Positions 62,607 through 64,000 of a DNA stretch of 64,000 bases are shown here, piece after piece. The DNA is from Kudoa neothunni (lineage: Eukaryota; Animalia; Cnidaria). The stretch is taken from assembly GCA_964304625.1 (NCBI GenBank), contig OZ199838.1, forward strand, positions 10,125,741 to 10,189,740. Direction: 5' to 3'. The position numbers and the translations under genes are program-made. Below the pieces are notes generated by a model. That model saw only the letters and a list, made by a program, of their open reading frames with translations. It ran no database searches and was not told the DNA's origin. Positions within the stretch are counted from its first letter, which is position 1. Every line of letters starts with the position of its first letter.

Positions 62607-63166
62607 ATGTCACATATAGATACTATTGATGTGAATGAGAATGAACAAAATTTTATAAATCAGCAATTAAATGATTTAAACATATCGTCGAATAAGCTCG
62701 AAAAAAAGACGGAAATCCCCTCGAATTTCACTGTTGATGGTAATATCTAGTGATATCTGCATAAATAACTTTGTTGGATTTATAAGACATTATGATTTTT
62801 CTTTAGAAAAAAACGATTCGGTATGTTTGATAGTCATAGGAATGGCAGGCTCTGGAAAAACGACATTTATTCAAGTACCTTGAAGAATTTGAGTAAATAT
62901 TTATTATGAATGGGGGTTTAATTTTAGAGACTTGTGTCGGAATTGCATGCTCAAAACAATAAACCCTACGTTGTGAATCTCGACCCGGCCGTCTACAAAG
63001 TTCCTTATCCTGTGAATATTGATATAAGAGAAAGTGTTCGATTCAAGCAAGTTATGCAAAAGTATAAATTAGGGCCGAATGGTGCCATTGTTACATGTTT
63101 AAATTTGTTTGCTACAAAATTCGACCAAATTTACGATATCTTGGACTCAAGAAAGACTCAACACAA
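62607..63166 (+). CDS. GPN1: GPN-loop GTPase 1, first three exons (continues beyond the window)
   Basis: VIGMAGSGKTTF, VVNLDPAV, IDIR and YKLGPNGAIVTCLNLFATKFDQ. Confidence 0.93.
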
Positions 63167-63419
63167 GTAAATTGATAAGCTAGCGCGAAAAATAATATTC
63201 ACCTTCTTAACACATAAATAAATAAATCAGTTTTGGCTGAAAAATGATTTAAAACTAAACTAATCTTCGTTATTATCGTACTAACTAATTTGATTACGCA
63301 GCTGCACTCATGTGTAGAAATTATTTTTAATATTAAAACTCCACCTTCGATCTTATAAATTTAATTAATGAAATTTATGATTTTTTATACCACGCATCTA
63401 TAAAATTTAAGAGATAAGT

Positions 63420-63800
63420 CTAGCTCTGCGTGAGTTATGTTCGGAAAAACGCTTTAAATCATGGGGGTTTCAATTATTATGCAATGTTTTGAGCCCGCGT
63501 CATGAAATAATTCTTTACAATATTTATGTTACATGGTTATCGAAAAGGACGTTATTGAATCGTATTTTTGCATTACTCATAGAACTGGTTTCATTTTTAC
63601 GGGAGCGATAATTTCAGCTAGCGAATTATTTTTTTGATGAAAATTTTATTATTTTATTGGAATATATGATTGGTAAATTCAATACCTTCAATCGGCTTAA
63701 TCTATAGATACAAAGAGGTGGTGTTAATATAATCGAAACTAAAGAAAACATGATAGCTTTCCCTCAAAAATTAATTTTACTTAAACTTAATGTAGAAAAT
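63420..63800 (+). pseudogene. hAT (Buster/ZBED5-like) transposase relic inside GPN1 intron
   Basis: VSYVRKNALNH..FQLLC......HEIILY..YVTWLSK..LLNRIF matches the Buster motif VN.IR...LNHR.F...C......H..LL....VRWLS.G..L.R. Confidence 0.65.
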
Positions 63801-64000
63801 GATAAATTCGTGAGTAATCATATTAAAGAACTATACAACATAAATCTGAGGAGATTAATGGGTTCACAGATGTTTTTTTATGAGACGAATTGAAACAATC
63901 AGTTGTTTTACATTTAGATGAGTTAAAAAATCGTCTGTTGAATATTTTTTCCAAAATTATCGTGTTTAAAATAAGAAAGTCATTATTGTTTTCCGTTCGC

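Noticed and set aside
1-64000. CRISPR arrays, prokaryotic operons, rRNA or viral genes
   Set aside because: No spaced direct-repeat arrays or rRNA/viral signatures were seen, and the DNA is clearly spliceosomal-intron-containing eukaryotic sequence.

Overview
AT-rich eukaryotic (metazoan-type) genomic DNA with compact, divergent genes split by many ~40-60 nt GT-AG introns, separated by nests of decayed DNA transposons. This pattern is compatible with a genome-reduced animal such as a myxozoan parasite, but that is inference only. Manual splicing recovers ten genes: EME1-like, AP-3 sigma, TOP2, EAF (not recognisable in the ORF track), APEH, NOM1, DNPEP, eIF3b, GPN1 (5' part) and an 11-exon surface protein at 42.2-44.4 kb. 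That protein is the standout. It retains the cysteine scaffold, C-lobe motifs and apparently the intron positions of CD39/ENTPD ecto-NTPDases, but all five apyrase-conserved regions are replaced, and it has gained a Ser/Thr tandem-repeat stalk before a C-terminal TM helix, making it a candidate pseudo-apyrase surface protein. Mobile DNA includes nested Helitrons, hAT, Tc1 (DD34E, first Asp lost), pogo/Tigger, piggyBac, Merlin, MULE, an unclassified CAGTAGGTAACC-TIR family and tRNA-derived repeats. Exon boundaries were read by eye and homologies come from recalled family motifs; no database search was run.
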